Position numbers and translations under genes: made by a program. 64,000 nt of DNA. Source: Candidatus Latescibacterota bacterium. GTDB taxonomy: Bacteria > Latescibacterota > UBA2968 > UBA8231. This document shows, piece after piece, positions 10,570 through 20,260 of this stretch. Position 1 is the stretch's first letter. Every line of letters begins with the position of its first letter. A model generated the notes under the pieces. That model did no database searches and was not told the DNA's origin. It was given only the letters and a program-made list of their open reading frames with translations. The stretch is from assembly GCA_965248355.1 (NCBI GenBank), contig OZ252098.1, positions 4,384,001 through 4,448,000 of the forward strand. The letters are read 5' to 3'.

Positions 10570-13500
10570 TAGGCGACGGCGATGAGGCGTTGGTCTGCCT
10601 TTCTCGACGCGCCGGCGTCGTCGACGTCGACCTCGACGCGGCACAGGTACAGCCCCGGGGAGACGAGATTGCCGGACCCGTCGGACCCGTCCCAGTGGAA
10701 GGTCTGGTCGCCGAAGGTGACGCGCTCCTCCCGCCACACGAGGCGGCCGCCGAGGTCGTAGATCCTCACCTCCACCGGCCGCGCCACGTTGACGTTGCCC
10801 ACCGAGAACCGGACCTCGGTGCGGTCGTTGATACCATCGCCGTTCGGCGTGAAGGTCCTCGGCTCGACCTCGATGGCGCGAACCACCCGCCGGCTGATGG
10901 GGACTGCGATGCTGAGACCGCTGCCTGGCCGTATGGTGGTGGCGTCGCCCGCATCGACCTGCTGCCAGGCGGGCCGCCCCTGGGAGTCGCGGATGGCCAC
11001 GTCGAGGGTCGTTCCGTTCAGCAGGACCTTGGCGCGGAAACCGATGCGGACCAGCTCGCCGGCGGCTTGCACGAGGCCTCGCTCGGACTGCGGCAGCTGG
11101 TTGTACGAGGCTTCGGTCAGCGACACGCCCTGGCGATCGTAGGGGAACTCTCCTCCCAAGCCGACGAGCTTGCGGAAGTAGCGGATCTCGCCCCTGACGG
11201 AGTCGGGCAGAGCGCGATAGTCGAACTCGCCCACCTCCTCCTGCTGCGGGTCCCCGTCGTCGGTGTGTCCGGTGACCTGGAAGTGCAGGATCCTCCCCTG
11301 CTGCTCGATGGGCAGGCCCAGGTAGGTCAGCTCACTCAGGATCCGGCCGTCCTCATCGACGGGCACCTCGTCATCTTCCTCGACGATCTTCCGGTGGAAG
11401 ACCCGGGTCTGACCACTCTCGGGCAGGGAAGCGACCCTGCGCGGCAGCCTCAGGATGATCCGGGAGGTCTCCTCCGATCCGGGGACGCCCGCCACACGAC
11501 CTTGCAGGACCTTCAGGGTGTCGCCCGAAGAGGGATCGAGGAGGGCCGCGAAGGGGCCGTCGTCGCCCTCGAACCAGTTCGTCGGCTCGCCGGTGACCGG
11601 GTCGGTCCGGGACGCCAACTCGGAGAACCGCTGGGCGGTGCCGTCGGCCATGGCTCCGTCGTCACCGACCGCCAGGTGCAGCAACTCGAACTCCTGGATC
11701 GGGTCGGCGTCGACCAGGAACTCGTCGAAACGGCTGCTCGGCTCGCCGTCGGGATCCAGTTCGATGAAGGTGGGCCGCACGAAGAGCTCGAATTCCTGCT
11801 GGCTGCGCGGATCGGCCTCCGACGGCCACACCTCGGCCAGGGAGTTGAGGGCCGTCGGGGGCAAGAGCTCCAACTCGATCGAGCGCAGGGTGGCGGCCAG
11901 GTCCGGCGTCTCGGACAGCAGCCGCGCCTGGATCTGCAGGTACCTGCGGGGGCTCGGCGAGGTCACCCGCTGGCCCGGCGCCAGGTAGCGCTGGCTCCAG
12001 GAGCTCCAGCCGCCGCCAGGGACCCGCCGGGGCACGATGGGCCCCTTGAAGCTGGTAGGCAGCTTGTTGTATTCGTCCTCCGTCTTGGGCTCGCCGCCGC
12101 TGCCGTAGAACTCGGTCACGTCCACCAGGCGGTCGCCGGTGCGCGTGCGGATCTCCACGTCCATCCTCTCCGGGTCCGGCACGTCCGCCTCCCAGGAGAC
12201 GGCGCCCAGGAAGGTGGCTCCCGGCAACTCGATGATGGGGGAGGTGAGGGTGACCTGGGAGGGGTAGCCCGACCCGAAGATCTGCAGCTCGCGGATGCGG
12301 TCGCCGGTGTTGTATCCGCCCGCACGGCCCGGCGAGTCGGAGAAGATCTGCGTGCGCACGTAGCGCACCGGCCGTGGCTCGGGGAGGGAGATCTCGATGT
12401 TGCTGCGTCCCTGCCCGCTCGGGTCGCGGTCGATCTCGCTGAAGCGCAGATTGCCGTTCGGGTCGAGACTGCCGTCCGAGACCCAGGTGACCATCTCGTC
12501 GACGCCGTTGACGGAGCCCACCATGCGGAAGAAGTCGAGCCAGAAGCGGGCCCCCAGATCGAGGGTCATGATGCCCCGGTTCGCGAACCGCGCGTCCGGC
12601 GACCACACGAGCTGCAGGTAGTTGCTCTCGTAGAGGCCGTCGAACCCCGGATCGCCGGCGAAGTTCCCGGTCAGGTCCACGTGGCCGCCGCCGTCGATCA
12701 CGCCGAGGGAGATGTTGTCCCCCTGGGTCCAGACCTCGACTTCGGCCAGGCGCGGGCGCTCGCGCTGGTAGTAGACGAGGGATCCCTTGCGATCGTCGCC
12801 GACCTTGTCGTAGACCTCCTTCGCCACCCGTGTCTCGGCGCCGGTGGCGTTGACGATGTGGTACTCGATGCTGCCGCGGTCCTCGAGGGGAAGGGCGAGG
12901 TACTCCTCCTCCGAGGCCAGTCGGCGGAACCGGTCGAAGCGGCTGTCGGTGACGGCGATGCGCAGGCGGTGGAGCTGTCTGTAGCCGCCCTCGATGTCGA
13001 ACTCGACGACCGGTTCGGAGCCCACGCTCTGGAGGGCCGGGTGCGAGCCGAGGTCGAAGCTCACCACCTGGTGCTCCACGTTCGGCGTGTTCGTGCTGGC
13101 GATCAGCTGGAGGGCCGCCTCGCGCAGGTGGGAGGCGGCGCCGAGGATGCGGAACTGGCGAAAGGGCTCACCCGCCCCTGGATCGGCGAACCGCAGCACG
13201 ATATGCCGGACCGGCACGACACGGCCGAGCTCGATGTCGACGTACCATTCGGACAGGTCGTGGCTGTGGAACTCGACCTGCCGGAGGGCGGTGGGCGCCG
13301 CGAGCCAGGCCAGTGAATCCACCCGGGCCAGATCGCCCACGTCGTCCGGGGCGAGGAAGATCTTCGGGCCGCGCCTGGCCTCCGGCAGGGCCAGCCACTC
13401 GCTCTCCGAGACCAGGGTCGTCGGCTCCCAGTAGGTGGAGGGGTCGCCGTCCAGAATGTTGGGCGCCGTCTCGGCATTGCGGGGTGTGTAGCGGATGCCG

Positions 13501-13946
13501 CCGTAATAATAGGACCACTCGATCGAGTCCCCGGCCTTGATGCCCTTCTTCTCGTTGTCCTTGAGGTGAACGATGGGGACGCCCGCCACGGAGGCCGCCT
13601 GGGAGCGGATGTTCAGGGGCATGACGCCCCCCTCCCGGTTGACGTCCTTGCCCAGCTTGTCGAGGGCCTTCTGGTTGCCGATCAGGATCGTGAACCGGTC
13701 CATGTCGGTGATGGCGTTGGTCTGCTTGCGCACCAGTTGCGGGCGCACGAAGCCGCCCTCCGGATCGACGTCGGTCGCGTGGCGGGGCCGCTGCCAGAGG
13801 GCCCAGTCCTCGGCCCGGTCGATGACGATCCGGTCGCCGGTGATCCGGAATCCGTCCTCGGCTCCCGCCGTCGTGGCGGACCCGAGGCCGGCTCCCGCGG
13901 TGATGACCCCCAACCACCCCCACCATCCGAAGGCTCGACGTTTCAT
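10566..13946 (-). CDS. Large secreted protein (1126 aa) with two discoidin-like modules and C-terminal FlgD-Ig/CHU_C-like domain
   Basis: Signal peptide MKRRAFGWW...AGA, ILDGDPSTYW, RTRTG...WSSWS...SPSPRRYLQ, C-terminal PRTFTPNGDGIND...YDLGGRLV...WDG...PGLY...AVAY. Confidence 0.85.
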   Translation of the reverse strand: MKRRAFGWWGWLGVITAGAGLGSATTAGAEDGFRITGDRIVIDRAEDWALWQRPRHATDVDPEGGFVRPQLVRKQTNAITDMDRFTILIGNQKALDKLGKDVNREGGVMPLNIRSQAASVAGVPIVHLKDNEKKGIKAGDSIEWSYYYGGIRYTPRNAETAPNILDGDPSTYWEPTTLVSESEWLALPEARRGPKIFLAPDDVGDLARVDSLAWLAAPTALRQVEFHSHDLSEWYVDIELGRVVPVRHIVLRFADPGAGEPFRQFRILGAASHLREAALQLIASTNTPNVEHQVVSFDLGSHPALQSVGSEPVVEFDIEGGYRQLHRLRIAVTDSRFDRFRRLASEEEYLALPLEDRGSIEYHIVNATGAETRVAKEVYDKVGDDRKGSLVYYQRERPRLAEVEVWTQGDNISLGVIDGGGHVDLTGNFAGDPGFDGLYESNYLQLVWSPDARFANRGIMTLDLGARFWLDFFRMVGSVNGVDEMVTWVSDGSLDPNGNLRFSEIDRDPSGQGRSNIEISLPEPRPVRYVRTQIFSDSPGRAGGYNTGDRIRELQIFGSGYPSQVTLTSPIIELPGATFLGAVSWEADVPDPERMDVEIRTRTGDRLVDVTEFYGSGGEPKTEDEYNKLPTSFKGPIVPRRVPGGGWSSWSQRYLAPGQRVTSPSPRRYLQIQARLLSETPDLAATLRSIELELLPPTALNSLAEVWPSEADPRSQQEFELFVRPTFIELDPDGEPSSRFDEFLVDADPIQEFELLHLAVGDDGAMADGTAQRFSELASRTDPVTGEPTNWFEGDDGPFAALLDPSSGDTLKVLQGRVAGVPGSEETSRIILRLPRRVASLPESGQTRVFHRKIVEEDDEVPVDEDGRILSELTYLGLPIEQQGRILHFQVTGHTDDGDPQQEEVGEFDYRALPDSVRGEIRYFRKLVGLGGEFPYDRQGVSLTEASYNQLPQSERGLVQAAGELVRIGFRAKVLLNGTTLDVAIRDSQGRPAWQQVDAGDATTIRPGSGLSIAVPISRRVVRAIEVEPRTFTPNGDGINDRTEVRFSVGNVNVARPVEVRIYDLGGRLVWREERVTFGDQTFHWDGSDGSGNLVSPGLYLCRVEVDVDDAGASRKADQRLIAVAY

Positions 13947-14031
13947 CGGCAACCATCCTCGCTGGCCGCGCCCTGGCACTCCGGCGCGGCGGTGGCCGCA
14001 TGGGCTGCGGCAGTGCCCGGAAGCGCTAACT

Positions 14032-14060
14032 ATAGTAGCACACGCGAGTCCGCCGGTCAC
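14032..14060 (-). promoter_or_regulatory. Putative extended -10 sigma70 promoter for the 1126-aa gene
   Basis: Minus strand GTGACC-17 nt-TACTAT with TG at the extended -10 position. Confidence 0.45.
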
Positions 14061-15751
14061 GTCCCGCCCTCGGGGGTGACGCCCGCCAGCAGCGCCTCCG
14101 GGAGGGCGGCCTCGAGGCGGTCCTCGAAGACCTGGACCTCCCCCTGGCGGCGCTGCCGCGTGGCCTCCAGCCAGTCCTCGAACAACCGCCGCTCGAAGCC
14201 GGCCACCAGGGAGGCCCTGGCGCGGGCCCGGGCCTCGTCGAACTCCTGGATCCTCTCCGGCTGCCTGCGGACGACCTTGATCAGCACCCACGCCTTGTCC
14301 TGCAGCGAAATCGGACCTGTCACCTCTCCGATCGGGGTCTCCTCCAGGGCCGTCCAGAGCTCGGGCAGCACCTGCCGGGACAGACTGTTGGCGCACAGCA
14401 GGCCGTTCGCCCGGCGCCGCCGGATGGTATTGCCTCGCAGGCGGGAGAGTTCGAGGAGCTGAACGTCGTCGTCGATCTGTCCCAGGACCTGGTCGGCCTC
14501 CTGGCGGGTCCGGAACAGGATCTCGTCGAAGCAGGCCTCCGCGGGCAGGCGGAAGCTCTCCAGGTGCTCCTCGTAGTAGGCACGGACCCGCTCTTCGGTG
14601 GCCATGGAATCGGCGCTGCTGACGATTTGCCCCCGCAGGCTGTGCAACATCATCTCCGGATGCACCTGGTCCCGCCACTGAACGATCTCCGGGTCCGCGG
14701 CAAGACCGCGGCGGCCGGCGTCGACCAGCAGCAGGGCGCGGCCCTGGAGGAGGCGCTGCCCCAGGGCCACGGAGAAGCCGCTGTCCGTCAAGGCCCGGCG
14801 GGTGCGCACCCTGTGCTCGCGGATCGCCTCCAGGTAATCCTCCACGGTCACGGACCCGCCTTCGAAGGTGAACAGCGGCTTCCGGGCCTCGGCCGTGGTC
14901 AGCGGCCGGACCCGGCGGCTGCCGGTGTCGAGACCGGCCAGGAACCCGAGGCCGCCGGCATCCGGAGCCCAGTTCAGCTCGCGGGCCAGCACCTCGACCC
15001 GCTGGTCCTCGATCTCCTGGCGGGCCTCACGGACCAGCCGTTGCCGCACGCGGTCTCGCAGGGAGGGGTCGGTGGAGGTGCGGTCGTCGAGGAACCGGAC
15101 CAGGTGCCAGTTGCGGCCCAGCGGCAGGGGCGGGGAGACCTCCCCGGCGGCCAGGGAGTCGAAGACCGCCGCGGGGATGCCGGCTCGCGGCGCCGTGAGA
15201 CGATTGAGATAGCCCACTGCACCGGCCCGTGAACCGCTCGCCCCGGCCAGCTCCTCGAACCGCTGCCCCCGCGCGAGGTCGGCGCGCAGCCGCAGCGCCT
15301 CCTCCTCCGACTCGACGAGGATCGCCTGAGCCAGGCGCTCCCGGGCCAGTCCCATGTCCTTTATGTAGGTTTCGACCTCGTCGGTGGTCACCTCGACGGG
15401 GGGGATCTCGCGCTGGCGGTGGAGGGACAGGACCCGGTCCTCCGACTTGCGCCGCAGCCGGCGCAGCAGTTCCGGATCCTCGGGCAGGCCTCGCGCTTCC
15501 GCCTCCAGCAGCATGAGCTCGCGATCGACCAGCGTCTGCAGGTAGTCGCGGCGCGCCTGCGGCCCCTTCTGCGAGGTCCGCAGCCCGGGGGGAAGGGTCA
15601 TGACGAATCGGCGCAGGGCCTCCTCGTCGATCGGCCGGCCCGCAACCCGGGCGACGACGACGGCGCCGTCCTCGCCACAGCCGCTGCAGGCCAACCCGAT
15701 CAGCATGGCGGTCATCCCCGAAAGAGGTCCGCTGGCTCTTTGCATGGTCAT
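14057..15751 (-). CDS. SurA/PrsA-like protein with two PpiC (rotamase)-type domains, probable lipoprotein
   Basis: VVARVAGRPI...YLQTLVDRELMLLEA (SurA N-like), AILVESEEEA...FEELA...GEVSPP...WHLVR, second repeat EILFRTRQEA...GEVTGPI; cysteines after the signal peptide. Confidence 0.85.
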   Translation of the reverse strand: MTMQRASGPLSGMTAMLIGLACSGCGEDGAVVVARVAGRPIDEEALRRFVMTLPPGLRTSQKGPQARRDYLQTLVDRELMLLEAEARGLPEDPELLRRLRRKSEDRVLSLHRQREIPPVEVTTDEVETYIKDMGLARERLAQAILVESEEEALRLRADLARGQRFEELAGASGSRAGAVGYLNRLTAPRAGIPAAVFDSLAAGEVSPPLPLGRNWHLVRFLDDRTSTDPSLRDRVRQRLVREARQEIEDQRVEVLARELNWAPDAGGLGFLAGLDTGSRRVRPLTTAEARKPLFTFEGGSVTVEDYLEAIREHRVRTRRALTDSGFSVALGQRLLQGRALLLVDAGRRGLAADPEIVQWRDQVHPEMMLHSLRGQIVSSADSMATEERVRAYYEEHLESFRLPAEACFDEILFRTRQEADQVLGQIDDDVQLLELSRLRGNTIRRRRANGLLCANSLSRQVLPELWTALEETPIGEVTGPISLQDKAWVLIKVVRRQPERIQEFDEARARARASLVAGFERRLFEDWLEATRQRRQGEVQVFEDRLEAALPEALLAGVTPEGGT

Positions 15752-15813
15752 TTTGCGAGTCTATCCTGAAACGGGGGATGACGAATATACGGGGACTCCG
15801 AGGGCTCTCAACC

Positions 15814-17406
15814 ATGCTGGCGCCGGCCGCCACCGTCGCCCTGACCTGGATCGTCTACGCCGGCAGCCTGGCGAACGGGTTCGTCTTCGACGACTCCGCC
15901 TACCTGGGCAGCCCGGCGGTCCGCGACTTCGACCTGCGCGCCCTCGTGCTGGCCAACTGGGCGGGTCTCGATCTCTACCGTCCCCTGGCGCTGATTTCCA
16001 TCGCCGCCGATCACGCCCTCTGGGGCGAGTTGGCCGCCGGCTTCCACCTGACCAACGTCGCCCTGCACGGTGCCGCGGCCTCGGTGGTCTGGTGGCTGGC
16101 CCGGCCCCTTGCGGGCCAGCGCGCGGCCTGGATCGCGGCCCTGGTCTTCGGACTGCATCCGTTGCAGTCCGGGGTCGTCTACTGGATCTCGGCACGCGCC
16201 GATCTGCTCTCGTCCGGTCTGGTGCTCCTCGGGCTGGGGGCCCACCTGCGAGCCGGCCCGGAGGGTGGTCGCGCCGGCGGCTGGCGGTGGCTGGCGACCG
16301 GCTGCTGCGCCCTGGCGCCGCTGGCCAAGGAGACCGGCGCCCTGTTGCCCGTCGCCGCCTGGTGGCTCGACCGCTGCCGTCCGGCGCCCGGCGTCCGGCG
16401 CCCGCTGGCGCGCCACGGCCTGGCCTGGGTGCGGCGCCATCCCGGCTATCTCGCCGCCCTGGCCGCGGCCCTCGCCCTGCGCACGGTCGTGGTCTCGGGC
16501 GGCGCCGAGCCACCCGAGAGCGCCAACTTCCTGGCCTCCGCGGGGCTGGCGGATCGCTGGGCGATGTCCGTTGCGATCCTGGGGCGCTACGCCTCGCTGG
16601 TGGTCTTCCCCCTCCACCTGTCGGCGGACTACTCCTTCGACTCGATCCCCCTGAGCGGGGCCAGCGACCCCTGGCTCTACGCCGGCCTCGCGGTCCTGAT
16701 CGGCCTGGCGCTGGCCGCCCGGCGACAAGAGGGGGTGGCCTCCTTTGCCGCCGGCGCCTTCCTCCTGGCCTGGCTGCCGGTCTCGAACCTCCTGGTACTG
16801 GCCCCGAGCGCCATGGCGGAGCGCTACGTGTACGCCGGGTTCCACGCCGTCGCTCTGGCTGCCGGATGGGCCGCCGGCCGGCTGCTCCAGGGCTCGAAGG
16901 GGAGGCGGCGGGCGGCCGCCGCGGGGCTGTCCCTGGTGGCCGGCCTGTGGATCCTGCGCGTCGAGGCCCGGGCCGGCGATTGGCGCGATGACGGCGCCTT
17001 GTTCACCGCCGTGAACCGCCGCCATCCCCGAAACGCCAGGGCGCTGGAGAACCTGGGCCACTGGAGGGCCCGCCAGGGAGACCTGAAGTCAGCCGTGGGC
17101 CTCTACCGCGAGGCCCTGGTCGTGCGGCCCGAAAACCTGCGGGCCCTGATCAATCTGGGCCTCCTCGAGTCGCGCAGAGGACAGCTGCCGGAGGCCGCCG
17201 TGGCTTTCGGTGGGGCCCTGAGCCTGAATCCCGAGCACTCCGGCGCCCTGCTGGGCCGGGCTCGGGCCCTGGAGGGGTTGGGACGACTGGAGGAAGCGGC
17301 CCACGACTACCGCAGGCTCCTCTCCCTGGCTCCCGGCCACGCCGGCGCGGCGGCCGGGCTCGCCCGCCTGCGGGCCGGCGGGGATCCGGACGGAGGTGGC
17401 CCCTGA
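15814..17406 (+). CDS. TMTC-like GT-C fold membrane glycosyltransferase with TPR tail
   Basis: FVFDD, YRPL, FHLTNVALH, HPLQ...WISARADLL, LAKE, PLHLSADY, AERYVY motifs then 4 TPRs; alternative start 15778. Confidence 0.82.
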   Translation: MLAPAATVALTWIVYAGSLANGFVFDDSAYLGSPAVRDFDLRALVLANWAGLDLYRPLALISIAADHALWGELAAGFHLTNVALHGAAASVVWWLARPLAGQRAAWIAALVFGLHPLQSGVVYWISARADLLSSGLVLLGLGAHLRAGPEGGRAGGWRWLATGCCALAPLAKETGALLPVAAWWLDRCRPAPGVRRPLARHGLAWVRRHPGYLAALAAALALRTVVVSGGAEPPESANFLASAGLADRWAMSVAILGRYASLVVFPLHLSADYSFDSIPLSGASDPWLYAGLAVLIGLALAARRQEGVASFAAGAFLLAWLPVSNLLVLAPSAMAERYVYAGFHAVALAAGWAAGRLLQGSKGRRRAAAAGLSLVAGLWILRVEARAGDWRDDGALFTAVNRRHPRNARALENLGHWRARQGDLKSAVGLYREALVVRPENLRALINLGLLESRRGQLPEAAVAFGGALSLNPEHSGALLGRARALEGLGRLEEAAHDYRRLLSLAPGHAGAAAGLARLRAGGDPDGGGP

Positions 17407-19190
17407 CCGCCGGCGGGGAACGTGGGGCCGGTGGCCCGGGCCGCTGGCGGGGCCGGCTGCTGGCGCTGGCGGCCGGGGTTCTCCTGGTCGCCGGGATCGA
17501 GGCTCTTCTGCACCTGGTGCCCGGCTTTTCTCCGCCGCCCCTCGTGCTCACCCTCGCCGAGGAGGCCGGTTCGGGGCGCGCTCTGCGCCAGCTCAATCCC
17601 CTCTATCCGCGGCGCTTTTTCGCCGGTTCCATGGGCGGATTCGACCTGGGGGGCGTGCGGCTGGCCCCGCACCGCTTCGTCGATCCACCCCCGGACTCCG
17701 CCCTGCGGGTGGTCGCCATCGGCGCCTCCACGATCCAGGGCTATCCGCATCCCGCCCGTCTGGCGGCGCCGGCCCTCTTGGAGTCGCTGCTCGCCGGCGC
17801 CCTGGACCGCCCGGTGCAGGTCCTGAATCTGGGGATCACCTCGCTGGCCAGCTTCGCCGTCGCCCGGGTCGTCGACGACGCGCTGAGGAGCCTCGAGCCG
17901 GACCTGGTCGTCGTCTACACCGGCCACAACGAGTTCTACGGGGTCTACGGAGTCGCCGCCCTGCGCCAGGGCGGGCCCAGTCCCTGGACCCGGCACCTCC
18001 ACTATCGCCTGATGAGGCTCCGGCTGACCGGCCTCGTGCGCTGGCTCTCCGCGCAGGTCCGGCGGCGGCCGGCGCCGGACCAGAACCTGCTGGCGGCCAT
18101 GGGTTCGGCGGGTCCGGTGCCATCCGGCCATCCCGCGCGGGAGCGCGCCGTGCGCCAGCTGCGGTCCAGCCTCGAGGAGATCGCGGCCGCATGCCGGCGG
18201 GCCGGGAGCCGCCTCGTGCTGTGCGCGCCGGCCGCCAACGACGCCGGGTTCATGCCGGACACCACCGCCGCCGCCGGGCGGCGGGCGGCGGCGCAGATGG
18301 ACCGCGCCCGGGCCTTGGCCGCGGCCGGCCTTCCGGAGGAGGCGAGACGGGCCTTCGCCGCGGCCCGGGAGGCCGATCCGGCGCCCTGGCGGGCGCCTCC
18401 GGATCTGGTGCGTACGGTGCGCGAGATCGCCGCGGCCCACGGCGTATCCCTGGCCGACGCCGAGCGCCGGCTTGCCGATGCTGCGGCTGACGCCGCCACC
18501 GGATGGGACCTCATGGTAGACCACGTGCATCCCACGGCCCGGGGACACGCCCTGCTGGCGCGGTCCGTGGTGGCCGCCCTGGTCGGCACCCCGCCCCCCT
18601 GGGACGTGCCTGCGGACTGGGAGAACAAGGTCCCCGGGGACGCCGGTCTGCTCAGCGCTCACGGGCGCCTGCCGGTCGAGAACTTCGCCCTGGCCGAGGC
18701 GGCGGCCGGCCTGCTGTCCCGGCCTCCGATCCGGCAGCCCGGCCGTGCCGCCCGGCTGCGGCGGCAGGCCGGGGGGCTCTGGGCCGGGCTCGGGGAGAGC
18801 GAGCGCAGGGGCTACGAAGCCTGGGCCGGAATGGGCCGGCGTCCTCCCCTGGTCCTGCCCGTGGCCGACCAGCTGTTCGCCGCCCGGCGTTTCGCGGAGG
18901 CCGGCGAGCACTACCGGGCGGCGGTCCGGGAGGCCCCCTTCACCCCCTGGGGGGACCTGTGGCCGGCCCTGCGGCTGGGCCGGTGCCGCCTCTATCTGCA
19001 GGACGGCCGCCTCACCCCCGACCAACGCGCCGACGTGGAGGCGGCGGTCCGGCGAGCCGGCCTGGTGGCCCTGACCGCCGCCGTCGATCCGCACTTCGTG
19101 CGCACCTTCGACGACTATGCCAGGCGCCTCCTGGCCGCGCCGTCCGGAAAAGGGCGGCCGGCCGACCCTGGGGGGCACCTTTTTCCTTGA
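17403..19190 (+). CDS. Second membrane-anchored SGNH-like/TPR protein (probable CTG start)
   Basis: GAST, LNLG, YTGHNEF, DHVHPT blocks; frame stays open upstream of GTG 17517 and encodes the TM helix LLALAAGVLLVAGIEALL; GGAGGT 5 nt before CTG 17403. Confidence 0.75.
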   Translation: MTAGGERGAGGPGRWRGRLLALAAGVLLVAGIEALLHLVPGFSPPPLVLTLAEEAGSGRALRQLNPLYPRRFFAGSMGGFDLGGVRLAPHRFVDPPPDSALRVVAIGASTIQGYPHPARLAAPALLESLLAGALDRPVQVLNLGITSLASFAVARVVDDALRSLEPDLVVVYTGHNEFYGVYGVAALRQGGPSPWTRHLHYRLMRLRLTGLVRWLSAQVRRRPAPDQNLLAAMGSAGPVPSGHPARERAVRQLRSSLEEIAAACRRAGSRLVLCAPAANDAGFMPDTTAAAGRRAAAQMDRARALAAAGLPEEARRAFAAAREADPAPWRAPPDLVRTVREIAAAHGVSLADAERRLADAAADAATGWDLMVDHVHPTARGHALLARSVVAALVGTPPPWDVPADWENKVPGDAGLLSAHGRLPVENFALAEAAAGLLSRPPIRQPGRAARLRRQAGGLWAGLGESERRGYEAWAGMGRRPPLVLPVADQLFAARRFAEAGEHYRAAVREAPFTPWGDLWPALRLGRCRLYLQDGRLTPDQRADVEAAVRRAGLVALTAAVDPHFVRTFDDYARRLLAAPSGKGRPADPGGHLFP

Positions 19191-19215
19191 CCGGCACCGG
19201 GCGATTGTATATTTA
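19187..19215 (+). promoter_or_regulatory. Putative promoter for the 294-aa secreted protein
   Basis: TTGACC followed by the AT-rich tract TGTATATTTATT in a GC-rich background; spacing imperfect. Confidence 0.35.
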
Positions 19216-19300
19216 TTGCGCGCTAAAGATAGCGTCGGGCTGCCGCTCGATCCGGTCACCCCAGCCTCGAATCGCACCACACCCAGCCTGGAGAAGCACC

Positions 19301-20185
19301 ATGCGCAGACTTCGCACCATTTGCACCCTCGCCGCCTTCGTCGTCGCCGGGCCCGCAACGTCGGCCTGGGCGCACTTCCCGGCCGGCGAGTTCCTCTTCG
19401 CCGTGCAGTTCCCCGATGCCAACGTCCCGGACGTCGACGGCAACCTGGCCGACTGGGACGTCGTGCCTCAGGTGCCGTACGAGGTCGGAAACGACATGTA
19501 CTCAGATGCCGTCTACAGCAAGGTGCGGGGCGAGATCGACGTCTCCGACCTGAGCGTGCGGCAGATCGTCGGCTGGAACGACAACAACAACCGCCTCTAC
19601 CTGATGGCCGAGGTCTTCGACAACGTCCACAATGCGGACCGCGAGGATCCGGCCCAGTTCTGGGCCGACGACGCCTGGGAGATCTACATCGCCCCGACCC
19701 ACCCCGAAGCCGAGGGCGGGGGTGAGTACGACATCAAGCAGTCCTTCAACTTCGCCATGCCCCCGATAGGCGGCAACTGGGGTCAGAACCTGCCCGACTT
19801 CGAGTGGCGCGTCGATCCTTTCAACGAGGACACCTGGGAGTTGCAGTATTCCTTCACGGGCGAGGAGTTCGGCGAGAGCACCTACTACTACGAGATGTGG
19901 ATCCTGCCCCTCGACTTCATCCCCGCCGACGGCGACCGCGAGGCCGCGGAGGAGACCGATCTCGAGGAAGGACAGGTCATCGCCATGAGCTGGACCTTCG
20001 GCGACTTCGACGAGCCCGGCACGACCTACCAGGGCTTCTGGTCCACCTCGCCGAACGGTTGTTGTCGCGCCGACAACGACATGGTCATGAGCGAGGCCGA
20101 CGACAGCATCGACTGGGGTACGCAGATGACGGCTGTCGAGGCCGACTCCTGGGGCCGCATCAAGTCCCAGTTCGTCGACAAGTAG
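19301..20185 (+). CDS. Secreted acidic CBM9/DOMON-like protein with C-terminal AVEADSWGRIK motif
   Basis: Signal peptide ending AWA, PDVDGNLADW, GWN...RLYLMAEVFD, DDAWEIYI, YYYEMWI (CBM9-like sugar-binding pattern). Confidence 0.78.
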   Translation: MRRLRTICTLAAFVVAGPATSAWAHFPAGEFLFAVQFPDANVPDVDGNLADWDVVPQVPYEVGNDMYSDAVYSKVRGEIDVSDLSVRQIVGWNDNNNRLYLMAEVFDNVHNADREDPAQFWADDAWEIYIAPTHPEAEGGGEYDIKQSFNFAMPPIGGNWGQNLPDFEWRVDPFNEDTWELQYSFTGEEFGESTYYYEMWILPLDFIPADGDREAAEETDLEEGQVIAMSWTFGDFDEPGTTYQGFWSTSPNGCCRADNDMVMSEADDSIDWGTQMTAVEADSWGRIKSQFVDK

Positions 20186-20260
20186 CAACAGCGGGGGCGG
20201 TCCTTTTCGCCGTCCGGCGAATGTCGGTGAGCGACCGGGATCCCACCGATCGATCCGGCT

